Below, in pieces: positions 1 through 10,621 of a stretch of 64,000 nt of DNA. Under the pieces are notes generated by a model that worked only from the letters and a program-made list of their open reading frames with translations, ran no database searches and had not been told where the DNA came from. Numbering within the stretch: position 1 is the first letter of the stretch; each line of letters starts with the position of its first letter. Origin of the DNA: an uncultured Bifidobacteriaceae bacterium (lineage in GTDB: Bacteria; Acidobacteriota; Vicinamibacteria; Vicinamibacterales; UBA2999); contig CAZXTM010000008.1 of NCBI GenBank assembly GCA_964643765.1, forward strand, positions 30,948-94,947. The letters are read 5' to 3'. Made by a program: the position numbers and the translations under genes.

Positions 1-418
1 GGCCGGCCTCGTCCTTCACCGCGAGTGACGGCAGACCGTACACGGCGATCGTCGACGGGAAGAGGAAGCGCACCGTCGTCTCCGTGGATACCCCCGCCTG
101 GCGTGCACGCTCGAGCAGGGCCAGCGTGCCGTCGACGTTCACGCGGTGGGCCTGCTGCGGATCGCGCTCGGCGCTGGTTGAGAGCAGGGCGGCGAGGTGG
201 AACACCGCCTCGACGCGGTGCGTGCGAAACACCTCATCGAGCAGCGCCCCGTCGAGGATCGATCCGGTGTATTCGGCCGCCACGCCGGCTGCCAGGCCAG
301 ACGACAGGGGCTGCACGTCAATCGTGACCACCGGACGACCCGCAGCCGCCAGGCGGCCGATGAGGCCATGCCCCACCTCGCCCCCGGCACCGGTTATGAG
401 GACCACCGATTCAGGCAT
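1..418 (-). CDS. NAD-dependent epimerase/dehydratase (extended SDR) family protein, N-terminal part only; gene continues past window start
   Basis: Not in ORF track because there is no stop inside the window. Hand reverse translation from ATG (complement of 416-418) gives MPESVVLITGAGGEVGHGLIGRLAAAGRPVVTIDV...AVFHLAALLS...VNVDGT. This is a Rossmann TGxxGxxG NAD-binding N-terminus typical of SDR epimerases and threonine-dehydrogenase-like enzymes. Confidence 0.7.
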   Translation of the reverse strand, partial: MPESVVLITGAGGEVGHGLIGRLAAAGRPVVTIDVQPLSSGLAAGVAAEYTGSILDGALLDEVFRTHRVEAVFHLAALLSTSAERDPQQAHRVNVDGTLALLERARQAGVSTETTVRFLFPSTIAVYGLPSLAVKDEAG

Positions 419-448
419 CGTGCACGTTCCGATTCCCCGTCCCCTGGC

Positions 449-682
449 CTACCAGAGGGCGGCCTTCATTTCCGCGAGCATCAGCTCGACCTGTCCCAGT
501 TCGTCGAGTACACGCGACGCCTCGTCGGCCGTCGCGCCGAGCGCCTCTGCCGGAGGCGCGCTGCCACGCTTCACTTCCCACGCAAGGTCACGGGTGGTCT
601 CGGCACACGCCCGGCACACCGCGATGGTGCGCTCGTGGGCCTCGAGCAGTTTGAGCACTTCCTGCTTTTCGTCAGCGGTCAC
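449..682 (-). CDS. hypothetical small protein (77 aa, predicted helical, contains CRAC)
   Basis: Track ORF 449..682 with a GTG start (complement of 680-682). Third-codon positions are G/C-rich like the neighbours. It sits 29 nt after the upstream stop and 30 nt before the epimerase start, same orientation. No family recognised. Confidence 0.45.
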   Translation of the reverse strand: MTADEKQEVLKLLEAHERTIAVCRACAETTRDLAWEVKRGSAPPAEALGATADEASRVLDELGQVELMLAEMKAALW

Positions 683-711
683 CGGTCACTCGTCCGTGCG
701 GGCACCCGAGC

Positions 712-1146
712 CTAGGTGCGGTGATAGTCGGCGCGCCACTGGCTGACGGCACGCTTGATGTCGGTGGGCGACAGCTGCTCGCGCACTGCGCGATCGAGCA
801 GGCCGCCCAGTTCGGCGTCCGACGCGAAGCGGAGGGCCACGATTTGCTTCGGACTCAGCTGCGCCAGACGCGCGTCCTCGCCTGCCGGCAGTACCTCGGC
901 GCAGCGCACTTTCATTTCGAGCAGGATGATGCGGTCCTGCAGGCGCACCGTGTAGATGCGGCCAATCGAGAGCGCCATGAACACGGCCCCGAACAGCAGA
1001 CCCATGGATACGTCGGCGGCATCCCATCCCAGGAACCGGCTGCCCAGCCAGGCCACGAAGGCCCCGAGCCAGAGGACGGTGGCAATGTAGGTGGGCACCG
1101 GATGGTGCGCATGCTGTGCAAACGACTGCGGCGCGCTCTGGCTCAC
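712..1146 (-). CDS. small two-TM membrane protein (possibly DUF6526-like)
   Basis: Track ORF 712..1218 trimmed to GTG at 1146, which forms a GTGA overlap with the stop of the upstream MBL gene (1143-1145). Hydrophobic segments are YIATVLWLGAFVAWL and LLFGAVFMALSI, followed by a RLQDRIILLEMKVR..QIVALRFASD region that I recall from DUF6526. The family call is from memory only. Confidence 0.5.
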   Translation of the reverse strand: MSQSAPQSFAQHAHHPVPTYIATVLWLGAFVAWLGSRFLGWDAADVSMGLLFGAVFMALSIGRIYTVRLQDRIILLEMKVRCAEVLPAGEDARLAQLSPKQIVALRFASDAELGGLLDRAVREQLSPTDIKRAVSQWRADYHRT

Positions 1147-2078
1147 TTCAGCCTCCCTTCGAGTTCCTCGTACACCTTCCGGACGGCGATGGGCGCCTGC
1201 TGTTCGCGCAGGAACCATTCGGCATACGGCCCCCAGTTGGCCTGGCGAACGGCATCCTCGACCGACAGGCCCCGGGCCTTCAGCGCCGTCACCTCGGCGA
1301 TGACAAACTGCAGCGCCTTGCGGAACTCGACCAGTTCCTCTCGCGACACCCGGGCCTCTTCGATGAATCCGTGGCCAGGCACGAACAGGTCGACATCGAG
1401 CGCCAGTGCACGGTCAATCACGCGCACCCATTCCGAGGGATAGGCAGACCGCATGGCAGGAAACACGCGGTTGAGGTAGGCCTCGCTCATGAAGAGCAGG
1501 CGCTGCCTGGGAAGGTGCACCATGAGGTCGCCACCGGTGTGCGCCCGGCCGAGGAACAGCACCCGGACCTCGATGCCGCCCACGTCGATGGTTTCCGAGT
1601 CACCCGACATCGCCGCCGGCGGCACCATCACCGGAGGAGCGCTGGCCGAGCGGTTCGGGTTGGCCGCATCGCGCCGCATCTGCGCGAGGGAATTCGGATG
1701 GATGACGTAGCGGACATCCTTCGGCAGCGCGGAATTGCCGGCCGTGTGATCGCCGTGTTCCGAGCCGACGACATACCAGCGGATGGGCTTGGGGGTCACC
1801 TTCCGAATGGCATCGATCAGGGTCTGCGTCGCCGCCACGCTGCCCTGTCCGTCGGCCAGCAGCACCCCATCCGTCCCCACGACAAACAGGCTGACCGTGG
1901 TGAACCCGGGCTGGCGAATCTCTTCATAGCCGTACACGTTGTCGGCCAGCTTGATGGTGCGTGGAAACGCCGACAGCGGCACGCCGCGCTTGTCGGGATA
2001 GGCCGTGCGCACCTGCGCCCCTGCGGTGCCCGTGGCGGCCAGGGCCACCGCCAGCACCAGAATCAGCAGTCGAAACAT
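1143..2078 (-). CDS. MBL-fold metallo-hydrolase, secreted
   Basis: Track ORF 1143..2387 trimmed to the internal ATG at 2078. That start gives a signal peptide, MFRLLILVLAVALAATGTAGAQ. The ..VVGSEHGDHTAGN.. metal-binding motif region and ..HLPRQRLLFMSE..FVPGHG.. are typical of the beta-lactamase fold. The upstream 103 codons are Arg/Pro/Gly junk. Confidence 0.75.
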   Translation of the reverse strand: MFRLLILVLAVALAATGTAGAQVRTAYPDKRGVPLSAFPRTIKLADNVYGYEEIRQPGFTTVSLFVVGTDGVLLADGQGSVAATQTLIDAIRKVTPKPIRWYVVGSEHGDHTAGNSALPKDVRYVIHPNSLAQMRRDAANPNRSASAPPVMVPPAAMSGDSETIDVGGIEVRVLFLGRAHTGGDLMVHLPRQRLLFMSEAYLNRVFPAMRSAYPSEWVRVIDRALALDVDLFVPGHGFIEEARVSREELVEFRKALQFVIAEVTALKARGLSVEDAVRQANWGPYAEWFLREQQAPIAVRKVYEELEGRLK

Positions 2079-2093
2079 CGCGGCATCGTAGCA

Positions 2094-2122
2094 TGCCCCC
2101 GGCGCGGGTCCGGCCGGGGGCA
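2094..2122 (-). terminator. GC-rich stem-loop downstream of the AIM24-family gene (possible U-tract-less terminator or processing site)
   Basis: Perfect 10-bp inverted repeat TGCCCCCGGC / GCCGGGGGCA with a 9-nt loop, in the 59-nt gap between the stop at 2138 and the next start at 2078. No U-run follows on the minus strand. Confidence 0.3.
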
Positions 2123-2137
2123 CAGGAGGTTCGGCGC

Positions 2138-3157
2138 TTACCGGCCGTCGAGCAGGTCGCCCAGCCCGCCGAGGATCGAGCCCTCTTCCATGCGGCGGCC
2201 GCCGGTCTGCGGCGCCGCGGCGTAGATGCGGTCCGCCAGGCGGCTGAACGGCAGCGACTGCAGCCACACGCGCCCCGGTCCGGTCAGCGTAGCGTAGAAG
2301 ATGCCCTCGCCGCCGAACAGGGCCGTCTTGATGTTGCCCACATACTCGATGTCGAATTGCACCGCCGACTGCAGGGCCACGAGGCACCCCGTGTCGACGC
2401 GCAGCGTTTCGCCGGGACGGAGATCGACGGCATGGATGGTGCCGCCGGCATGCACGAACGCCAGGCCGTCACCCTCGAGCTTCTGCATGATGAAGCCCTC
2501 GCCGCCGAAGAGGCCCGCTCCCAGCTTGCGCTGGAACGCGATGCCGACGCTCACGCCACGGGCCGCACAGAGGAACGAATCCTTCTGGCAGATGAGCTGG
2601 CCCCCAAGCGCCTTGAGGTCCATCGGCAGGATCTTGCCCGGGTAGGGCGCGGCGAACGCCACCCGCTGCTTGCCCTGCCCGCGGTTCTGGTAGACGGTCA
2701 TGAACAGGCTCTCGCCCGTCAGCAGCCGCTTGCCCGCGCCAACCAGCGCATCGAACACCCCGCGCGAGGCCTGCGCACGCCCGTCGCCGAAAATGGTTTC
2801 CATCTGGATGCCCGGCGTCATGTACATGAACACGCCGGCTTCGGCCACCGCCGCTTCACCCGGGTCAAGCTCGACCTCGACGAACTGCATTTCGTTGCCG
2901 TGGATCACGAAGTCGATTTCGTGCGCCACGCGACCGGGAACGCCCGGCAGGGGCGGCGGGCCGGCCGGCGATGCCCCCTGCGCGATGAACGGCGCGAATG
3001 CCGCCACCTCCCTGACCTTCTGCCAGGTCGCCATGCCCGCCGTGTAGACGAGCGTGTCGCCGTCGATGGTGCCGTTGCGCAGCTGGCTGATGATTTCGTC
3101 CTCGGTCACCGGCCCCACCTGGTGGCCGCCCACTGCCATGTACCACTGCTGATTCAT
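2138..3157 (-). CDS. GYF_2 (DUF4339) domain fused to AIM24/TIGR00266 (DUF124) family protein
   Basis: N-terminus MNQQWYMAVGGHQVGPVTEDEIISQLRNGTIDGDTLVYTAGMATWQKV is a bacterial GYF-like domain. A Pro-rich linker follows, then an AIM24-type body (EVELDPGEAAVAEAGVFMYM...GGEGFIMQKLEGDGLAFVHAGG...). Confidence 0.75.
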   Translation of the reverse strand: MNQQWYMAVGGHQVGPVTEDEIISQLRNGTIDGDTLVYTAGMATWQKVREVAAFAPFIAQGASPAGPPPLPGVPGRVAHEIDFVIHGNEMQFVEVELDPGEAAVAEAGVFMYMTPGIQMETIFGDGRAQASRGVFDALVGAGKRLLTGESLFMTVYQNRGQGKQRVAFAAPYPGKILPMDLKALGGQLICQKDSFLCAARGVSVGIAFQRKLGAGLFGGEGFIMQKLEGDGLAFVHAGGTIHAVDLRPGETLRVDTGCLVALQSAVQFDIEYVGNIKTALFGGEGIFYATLTGPGRVWLQSLPFSRLADRIYAAAPQTGGRRMEEGSILGGLGDLLDGR

Positions 3158-3210
3158 AGGTGCTCCCTCACAGCATGACGAACGACCGGCGGGGACGGTT
3201 CCCTCGGGCC

Positions 3211-5091
3211 TCAGGCCTCCGCAGGGGTCCAGTCTTCGCCGGGGTTGATGAACCGGTTGGTTTCGAGCCGATACTGCTTGTCGTAGAGCTGCCGGTAACG
3301 GCCGTTGGCCTCGAGCAGCTCGGCGTGTGTGCCCCGCTCGACGATTTCCCCGCCCTCGAGCACCAGGATCTGGTCGGCACTGCGGATGGTCGACAACCGG
3401 TGGGCGATGACAAATGTCGTGCGACCTGCGCGAAGCGTGCGCAGCCCGTCCTGAATCATCTCCTCGCTCTCGCTGTCGAGGCTCGACGTCGCCTCGTCGA
3501 GGATCAGCACACGCGGCTGCGCCAGAATGGCGCGCGCGATCGACACCCGCTGGCGCTGCCCGCCCGACAGCTTGACACCGCGCTCGCCCACGATCGTGTC
3601 GTAGCCCTCGGGGAAGCGCAGGATGAACTCTTCGCAGTGCGCGATTCTCGCGGCTTCGCGAATCTGCTCGATCGTGGCTCCGGGCTTCGCATAGCCGATG
3701 TTCTCAGCCACGGTGCCGTCGAAGAGGAAGCTTTCCTGCAGCACCGACGCCAGGCGCGAGCGGTAGTCGTGCAGCGGGATGGACGCCAGGTCGCGCCCGT
3801 CCACCAGTACCCGGCCGCGCAGGGGCTGGTTGAAGGCCATCACCAGGCTGATGAGCGTGCTCTTGCCCGACCCCGATGAGCCGACCAGGGCCGTGGTCGT
3901 GCCGGGCGCCGCGTGAAACGACACGTCCTTCAGTACCGGCTGCCCGTCGACATACTCGAACCACACCCCGTCAAACCGGATGTCGCCGTGCACATCGGCC
4001 AGGGGCGCCTTGGCCGCATCGGCCTCATCTTCCGTTTCCTGATCGAGAATCTCGCGAATGCGATCGAGACCCGCGAAGGCTTCGGTGATCTGCGTGCCGA
4101 TGCTCGCGATGGAAATCAGCGGGGCCGCCAGCAGCCCGATGAAGAAGATATAGCTGATGAAGTCACCAAGCGTCATCCGTCCGGCAAGGATGTCGCCGCC
4201 GCCAATCCAGATCATGATCACGCCGATGACACCGACAATGACCGTGCTGCCCGCCGTGGTCGCCGACACGCCCGTCATCGACTGCGCAATGTTCCGGAAC
4301 AGGCGATTGGCCCCCTGCGTGAAGACCAGTTCCTCGCGCTTCTCGGCCGTGTAGCTCTTGACGATGCGGATGCCGCCGAGCGCTTCGGTGAGCCGGCCGC
4401 TCACCTCGGCCTGAATCTTCCCGCGCTCGCGGAACAGCGGGCGCAGCAGCTTGAACGCATAGGCCATCCCGCCGCCGAACACCGCCAGCACCACGGCGGT
4501 GATCAGCGTCAGGCGCCAGTTGAGGTAGACGAGGACGCCGAGGGCAATGAGGGCGGTCACCAGGCCGCCGACCAGCGACACCAGGCCGGTGCCGACGAGG
4601 TTCCGGATGCCCTCCGCATCGGTCATGATGCGCGACAGCAGGACGCCGGTCTTGGTCGAGTCGAAGTAGCGCACGGGCAGGCGCATGATCTTCGCGTGCA
4701 CCCGGATGCGCATGTCGGTGATCGCCCGCTGTGCCGCCACGCCCAGCAGTTGCGACAGCGCAAAGCTCGTCAGCGCCTGCACCACGGTCGCGGCCCCTGC
4801 CGCCAGCGCGATGGGGAGCAGCAGGTCAGCCCGGCCCTTGCCGAACACGTCGTCGATCACAAACTTGGAGAGCGCCGGCAGCACCACGCCCGAAAGCCGC
4901 GAGACCAGCATCAGCACGAGGCCCACCAGCAGACGACGGCGGTGGGCATGTAGCAGGGCCCGCGCCTCCCGCCACGCTGCCGACCGGTTGATGGGGCGCT
5001 TCGGCTCGCCGTCTCCCCCTGCTGCCGCGCCGCCGCGCCGCGTCTTCTCCACAGCCCCAGTCCGGGGGGCCCCTGTCTGCATCACCGCCAT
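3211..5091 (-). CDS. ABC transporter permease/ATP-binding fusion protein (MsbA/multidrug exporter type)
   Basis: A six-TM N-terminal half is followed by Walker A GSSGSGKST, signature LSGGQRQR and Walker B ILILDEATS. Confidence 0.9.
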   Translation of the reverse strand: MAVMQTGAPRTGAVEKTRRGGAAAGGDGEPKRPINRSAAWREARALLHAHRRRLLVGLVLMLVSRLSGVVLPALSKFVIDDVFGKGRADLLLPIALAAGAATVVQALTSFALSQLLGVAAQRAITDMRIRVHAKIMRLPVRYFDSTKTGVLLSRIMTDAEGIRNLVGTGLVSLVGGLVTALIALGVLVYLNWRLTLITAVVLAVFGGGMAYAFKLLRPLFRERGKIQAEVSGRLTEALGGIRIVKSYTAEKREELVFTQGANRLFRNIAQSMTGVSATTAGSTVIVGVIGVIMIWIGGGDILAGRMTLGDFISYIFFIGLLAAPLISIASIGTQITEAFAGLDRIREILDQETEDEADAAKAPLADVHGDIRFDGVWFEYVDGQPVLKDVSFHAAPGTTTALVGSSGSGKSTLISLVMAFNQPLRGRVLVDGRDLASIPLHDYRSRLASVLQESFLFDGTVAENIGYAKPGATIEQIREAARIAHCEEFILRFPEGYDTIVGERGVKLSGGQRQRVSIARAILAQPRVLILDEATSSLDSESEEMIQDGLRTLRAGRTTFVIAHRLSTIRSADQILVLEGGEIVERGTHAELLEANGRYRQLYDKQYRLETNRFINPGEDWTPAEA

Positions 5092-5093
5092 CG

Positions 5094-5477
5094 TCAGTTC
5101 ACCGCATACGGCACGGCCAGGGTGAAGGGCGCGATGCGCGCCTCGAACGTCGTGCCTCCCGTTGTGGCCATCGTGTAGGTGCCGTGCATCGACCCCACAC
5201 TGGTCTTGAGGGGACAGAAACTGGTGTATTCGAACGACATCCCCGGCGCCAGCACGGGCTGCTCGCCCACCACCCCGGGCCCCTCCACTTCCTCGGTCTG
5301 CCCGTCGGCGTTCGTGATGTACCAGTGGCGACTGATGAGCTGTGCGGTGTCTTCGCCGACGTTCGAGATGGTGATGTGGTAGGCGAACAGGTACTGCCCC
5401 TCACGAGGGGCGCTGCGCTCAGGCAGGTAACGGGACCGGACCTGCACCCGAATCCCGTGCGTCGTCGTATCGCTCAC
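5094..5477 (-). CDS. apaG: ApaG (DUF525) protein
   Basis: 127 aa. HGIRVQVRSRYLPERS...YLFAYHITISN.G....QLISRHWYITNADG..EEVEGPGVVGEQPVL.PG..FEYTS is the classic ApaG pattern. Confidence 0.85.
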   Translation of the reverse strand: MSDTTTHGIRVQVRSRYLPERSAPREGQYLFAYHITISNVGEDTAQLISRHWYITNADGQTEEVEGPGVVGEQPVLAPGMSFEYTSFCPLKTSVGSMHGTYTMATTGGTTFEARIAPFTLAVPYAVN

Positions 5478-5501
5478 CTGCTGATTATGGCAGACCTCGG
5501 G

Positions 5502-7310
5502 CTAATCGAGGTGTCCACGCTCGCTGTCGCCCATCTCGACGGCGTCGTGGGGGAAGTACTCGCGCCACCGCTCAGTCACCCGCGTCGCAATGTCGTCACG
5601 GCACGACAGCTCGGCCGGGTACCAGGGCTTCATGCGCGCATCAATCACGACCGGCGGCGTGTAGCACACATGGTGGCGGACGACGGAGGTCTGTGCCGCG
5701 TGAATGTCGGCCCCCGGCTCGAACCGGGTGAATGTGGTCCACAGAAAATTGATGTCGCTGCGGGCGGCACGGGCCGCATCGTCGGTGACCACCACGAGCG
5801 GCCAGCCCTCGAAGGCCGGATGCGCCGCCAGGCGGGCCGGAGCCTCGCGGTCCTCGGCGTAACCCGCGGCCTCGACCACGAGACAGCCGCCGCAATACAC
5901 GCGCACATCGCGCACGTCGCGCGGCGGCGACACGCCGGGCTGGAACTGCCGCGGCAGGTCGCGTACCGCGTCCCCCACGCCCAGCCACACGCCCTTCGAC
6001 CCTTCGTTGATGGTCGGCCCGCTGTAATCGAGGGTGTCCATCGACACATTCGAGAACACATACAGATCGGTGCGCGGGTCGGTGCGCGCCAGGATGTGCT
6101 CGAGCGTCGCACGGAAATCCTTGAGATCGACGTGCCGATCCGTCAGCAGCAGGAACTTGGTGAGCGACAGCTGGCCCTCACCCAGGATGCGGAAGGCGCT
6201 GGCCATCGCCTCGCGCTTGTACCGCTGCTTGACCACGGCCGCCGCCAGCGAGTGATAGCCGGTCTCGCCGTAGGACCACAGCTGCTGCACCGCCGGCATC
6301 ACCAGCGGGAACAGCGGTGACAGCAGGTCCTGCAGAAGGTCGCCGATGAAGAAGTCTTCCTGACGGGGCTTGCCCACCACCGTCGCCGGGTAAATCGCGT
6401 CATGCCGGTGGGCGATCTGCCGCACGCGGAACTCCGGATAGTCATGCCGCAGCGAGTAATACCCGTAGTGGTCGCCGAAGGGCCCCTCCGGTCGACGCAC
6501 GTGGGGCGGCACCTCACCCATGAGGGCAAACTCGGCGGTCGCCACCAGCGGATGCGGGTGCCCGTGTGGTCCGGGCACCTGCGGCAGACGCGAGCCCGCA
6601 ATGAGCGAGGCCAGCATCATCTCCGGAAGGTTTTCTGGCAGCGGCGCAATCGCGGCCAGAATCAGCGCCGGGGGACCGCCGAGAAACACCGTGACCGGCA
6701 GGGCCTCGCCACGGGCTTCGGCAATCTGGTGATGGAAGCCGCCCCCCTTCCCGATCTGCCAGTGCATGCCCGTGCTGCGCGCATCGTGGACATGCATCCG
6801 GTACATCGCGAGGTTCGGTGCCCCACGACCATCGGGCGGTGTCGTGTAAACGAGCGGCAGCGTGACGAAGGGCCCGCCGTCCTCCGGCCAGCACGTCAGC
6901 GTCGGCAGGCGGTCGAGGCTGAGGGTCGAGGACACCACCTCTGTCACCGGCCCAGAACGTCGTCGCGACAGGCCCACGCTGAGCAGCTCGGCAGCCAGGC
7001 CGCGCGCGCCCCACAGCTTGGCCGGCGTGGGCGGCAGGATCGTCTCGGCCAGGTGCACGATCTCGCGAATCAGGCGCAGCGGACGCTCGCCAAAGGCCAG
7101 CTCGGCCCGCCGGGCCGTGCCGAACAAGTTTGTCGCCAGGGGAAACGCCTTGCCCCGCACGTTGGTGAACAGCAGCGCCGGGCCACCGGCCGCAATCACC
7201 CGGCGATGGATTTCGGCGGCTTCCAGCTCGGCATCGACGGGAGCCGACACCTCGACCAGGTCGCGGTCGCGCCGCAGCTGGTGCAGGAACGTGCGCAGAT
7301 CAGGGAACAT
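5502..7310 (-). CDS. UbiD-family (prenyl-FMN dependent) decarboxylase, long form
   Basis: N-terminus FPDLRTFLHQLRRDRDLVEVSAPVD.ELE.AEI.RR is typical of UbiD. At 602 aa it is longer than the ~490 aa canonical UbiD and resembles the menaquinone-biosynthesis decarboxylase type. Confidence 0.8.
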   Translation of the reverse strand: MFPDLRTFLHQLRRDRDLVEVSAPVDAELEAAEIHRRVIAAGGPALLFTNVRGKAFPLATNLFGTARRAELAFGERPLRLIREIVHLAETILPPTPAKLWGARGLAAELLSVGLSRRRSGPVTEVVSSTLSLDRLPTLTCWPEDGGPFVTLPLVYTTPPDGRGAPNLAMYRMHVHDARSTGMHWQIGKGGGFHHQIAEARGEALPVTVFLGGPPALILAAIAPLPENLPEMMLASLIAGSRLPQVPGPHGHPHPLVATAEFALMGEVPPHVRRPEGPFGDHYGYYSLRHDYPEFRVRQIAHRHDAIYPATVVGKPRQEDFFIGDLLQDLLSPLFPLVMPAVQQLWSYGETGYHSLAAAVVKQRYKREAMASAFRILGEGQLSLTKFLLLTDRHVDLKDFRATLEHILARTDPRTDLYVFSNVSMDTLDYSGPTINEGSKGVWLGVGDAVRDLPRQFQPGVSPPRDVRDVRVYCGGCLVVEAAGYAEDREAPARLAAHPAFEGWPLVVVTDDAARAARSDINFLWTTFTRFEPGADIHAAQTSVVRHHVCYTPPVVIDARMKPWYPAELSCRDDIATRVTERWREYFPHDAVEMGDSERGHLD

Positions 7311-8406
7311 CGTGAACGACCTCTCCTCCCACCATCGTCAGCAGGCTGCGCATCTGCGCCGCCCGACCGGGCGTCAGCCGCAGGGGATCGTCAGACAGCA
7401 CCGCCAGGTCGGCCAGCGCCCCCGGCGCCAGGAATCCCTTGTCGCGGCCCTGCAGCTCCACCCGGGCGCCCCCGCGCGTCATGGCCTCGAGGGCCTCTGG
7501 CACCGACCACGCCATCGGGCCCCGGTCGGCGGCCGTCAGCCAGGCCAGCGCCTCGAACGGATGCCTGCCAGTTCCAGTGCCCACCGCAAAGGCGCCTACG
7601 GGTAGGACACGCGATTGCAGCACGGCGTTCCCTCCAATGCCCTGCACCACACCGAGGCCGTGACTCCGCAGCTCTGCCAGGGCTGTATCGAGCGAGTGCG
7701 TCGGCCAGTCGATGCGCGGGCGCTTCCGACTCCAGACCTCGGGGACGCCCGTGGACTGCAGTGCGGCGACATAGTCGCGCAGCGCTGCCTCATCGGTGGG
7801 TTCCAGAGCCAGCAGGTCTTCCGTGCCGAACGCCCATGTCACGGCCTGTAGGATGCGATCACCGTCCGCCCCCCCGAGCCGGAAGCCGAAGCCCCGGATG
7901 TCGATGCGCAGCGTCGGCTGCGGCGGCAGATGCGGACGGCTGTCGATGGTCTGTCCGCCGATGCCCGGGCGCGGCATCCGGAACACCCGCACGCGCACCG
8001 GCGAGGCGGCCGCCTGCAGCACGCGCGACACCTCGGCCACGGTGCGCTCCCCCACGAACCACTGCACCGACGTCACCCCCACCGCGAGCCCACGGGCCAG
8101 CGCCTCCCGCGCTGCTGCGGCATCGCCCCCGGGTTCGATCACGTGGGCATCGTTGAACCCCGGCACCACGACGCGCCCGGCCAACGCTCGGCGCACGGTC
8201 GTCGCCCCGGCCAGCGCCTCGATCTCGGCGGTCGTGCCGACGGCGACCACGCGATCGCCCCGGATGGCCAGGGCCTCTGCCCACGGCTGCTCATCGGTGG
8301 CCGTGAAGACGCGCCCGCCCGTGAGCACCATGTCCGGCGGCGCCGGCGCGCACGCCGCCCCGAGCGTGCCGAGGGCCAGCGCCACCGCGAACAGTCGGCG
8401 CGTCAT
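7300..8406 (-). CDS. amidohydrolase-fold protein (Amidohydrolase_3-like, apparently degenerate metal site), secreted or lipoprotein
   Basis: Start chosen at MTRRLFAVALALGTLGAACA (signal/lipobox-like), forming an ATGA overlap with the upstream stop (8403-8406). LTGGRVFTA..AEALAIRGDRVVAVG and the C-terminal GFLAPGALADLAVLSDDPL...GGEVVHD are amidohydrolase hallmarks. PGFNDAHVIEP occupies the place of PGFxDxHxH. Confidence 0.6.
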   Translation of the reverse strand: MTRRLFAVALALGTLGAACAPAPPDMVLTGGRVFTATDEQPWAEALAIRGDRVVAVGTTAEIEALAGATTVRRALAGRVVVPGFNDAHVIEPGGDAAAAREALARGLAVGVTSVQWFVGERTVAEVSRVLQAAASPVRVRVFRMPRPGIGGQTIDSRPHLPPQPTLRIDIRGFGFRLGGADGDRILQAVTWAFGTEDLLALEPTDEAALRDYVAALQSTGVPEVWSRKRPRIDWPTHSLDTALAELRSHGLGVVQGIGGNAVLQSRVLPVGAFAVGTGTGRHPFEALAWLTAADRGPMAWSVPEALEAMTRGGARVELQGRDKGFLAPGALADLAVLSDDPLRLTPGRAAQMRSLLTMVGGEVVHDVP

Positions 8407-8900
8407 ACCGCCCTCCACGACTGGTCGGCACTGCTGCCGTAAATGCTCGGCACGCGCGCTCCCATGGACCGCAGATAGGACGACAGCTGCCCGCGATGAT
8501 GCGCGGAGTGGCCGATGAAGAGCGGCAGCAGGGCCACCCGGGCCATCGGCGTGCCGTAAAAGTCGACCACCGAGGCCAACGCCTCATCGTCGAGGGCCAG
8601 TACCTGGTCGAGCAGGGCCGGCACCACGACCGCGTACCACGCGCAGAGAGAGTCCAGCGTCTCAGCCGGTGCCTCCTGCGGGCCCGGGCGGAAGTCGCCT
8701 GTCAGCATGCCACCGAGGAACCACTCTTCCGAGCGGCAGAGATGCACGGCGAGGTCCCACGCGGTACGGCTCACCGGATCGGGCCGCCAGTCGCGCTGTC
8801 CTTCGGGGATGGCCTGCAGCACACGGACGGTCGTCCGCAGTTCCTGTCGCACCTGCGGGCCGAGCACCGAGGCCACGGCCCGCGCGTCCTGCCCGGTCAT
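8403..8900 (-). CDS. DinB-family (four-helix-bundle, DinB_2-like) protein
   Basis: Track ORF trimmed to ATG at 8900 (MTGQDARAV...). The C-terminal HSAHHRGQLSSYLRSMG motif is characteristic of DinB/YfiT-like metalloproteins. Confidence 0.75.
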   Translation of the reverse strand: MTGQDARAVASVLGPQVRQELRTTVRVLQAIPEGQRDWRPDPVSRTAWDLAVHLCRSEEWFLGGMLTGDFRPGPQEAPAETLDSLCAWYAVVVPALLDQVLALDDEALASVVDFYGTPMARVALLPLFIGHSAHHRGQLSSYLRSMGARVPSIYGSSADQSWRAV

Positions 8901-8908
8901 CGCGGCCC

Positions 8909-10588
<1,680 letters not shown>

Positions 10589-10621
10589 TCGAACCTCGAA
10601 TTGTACTCGACCGCCGGTCCC

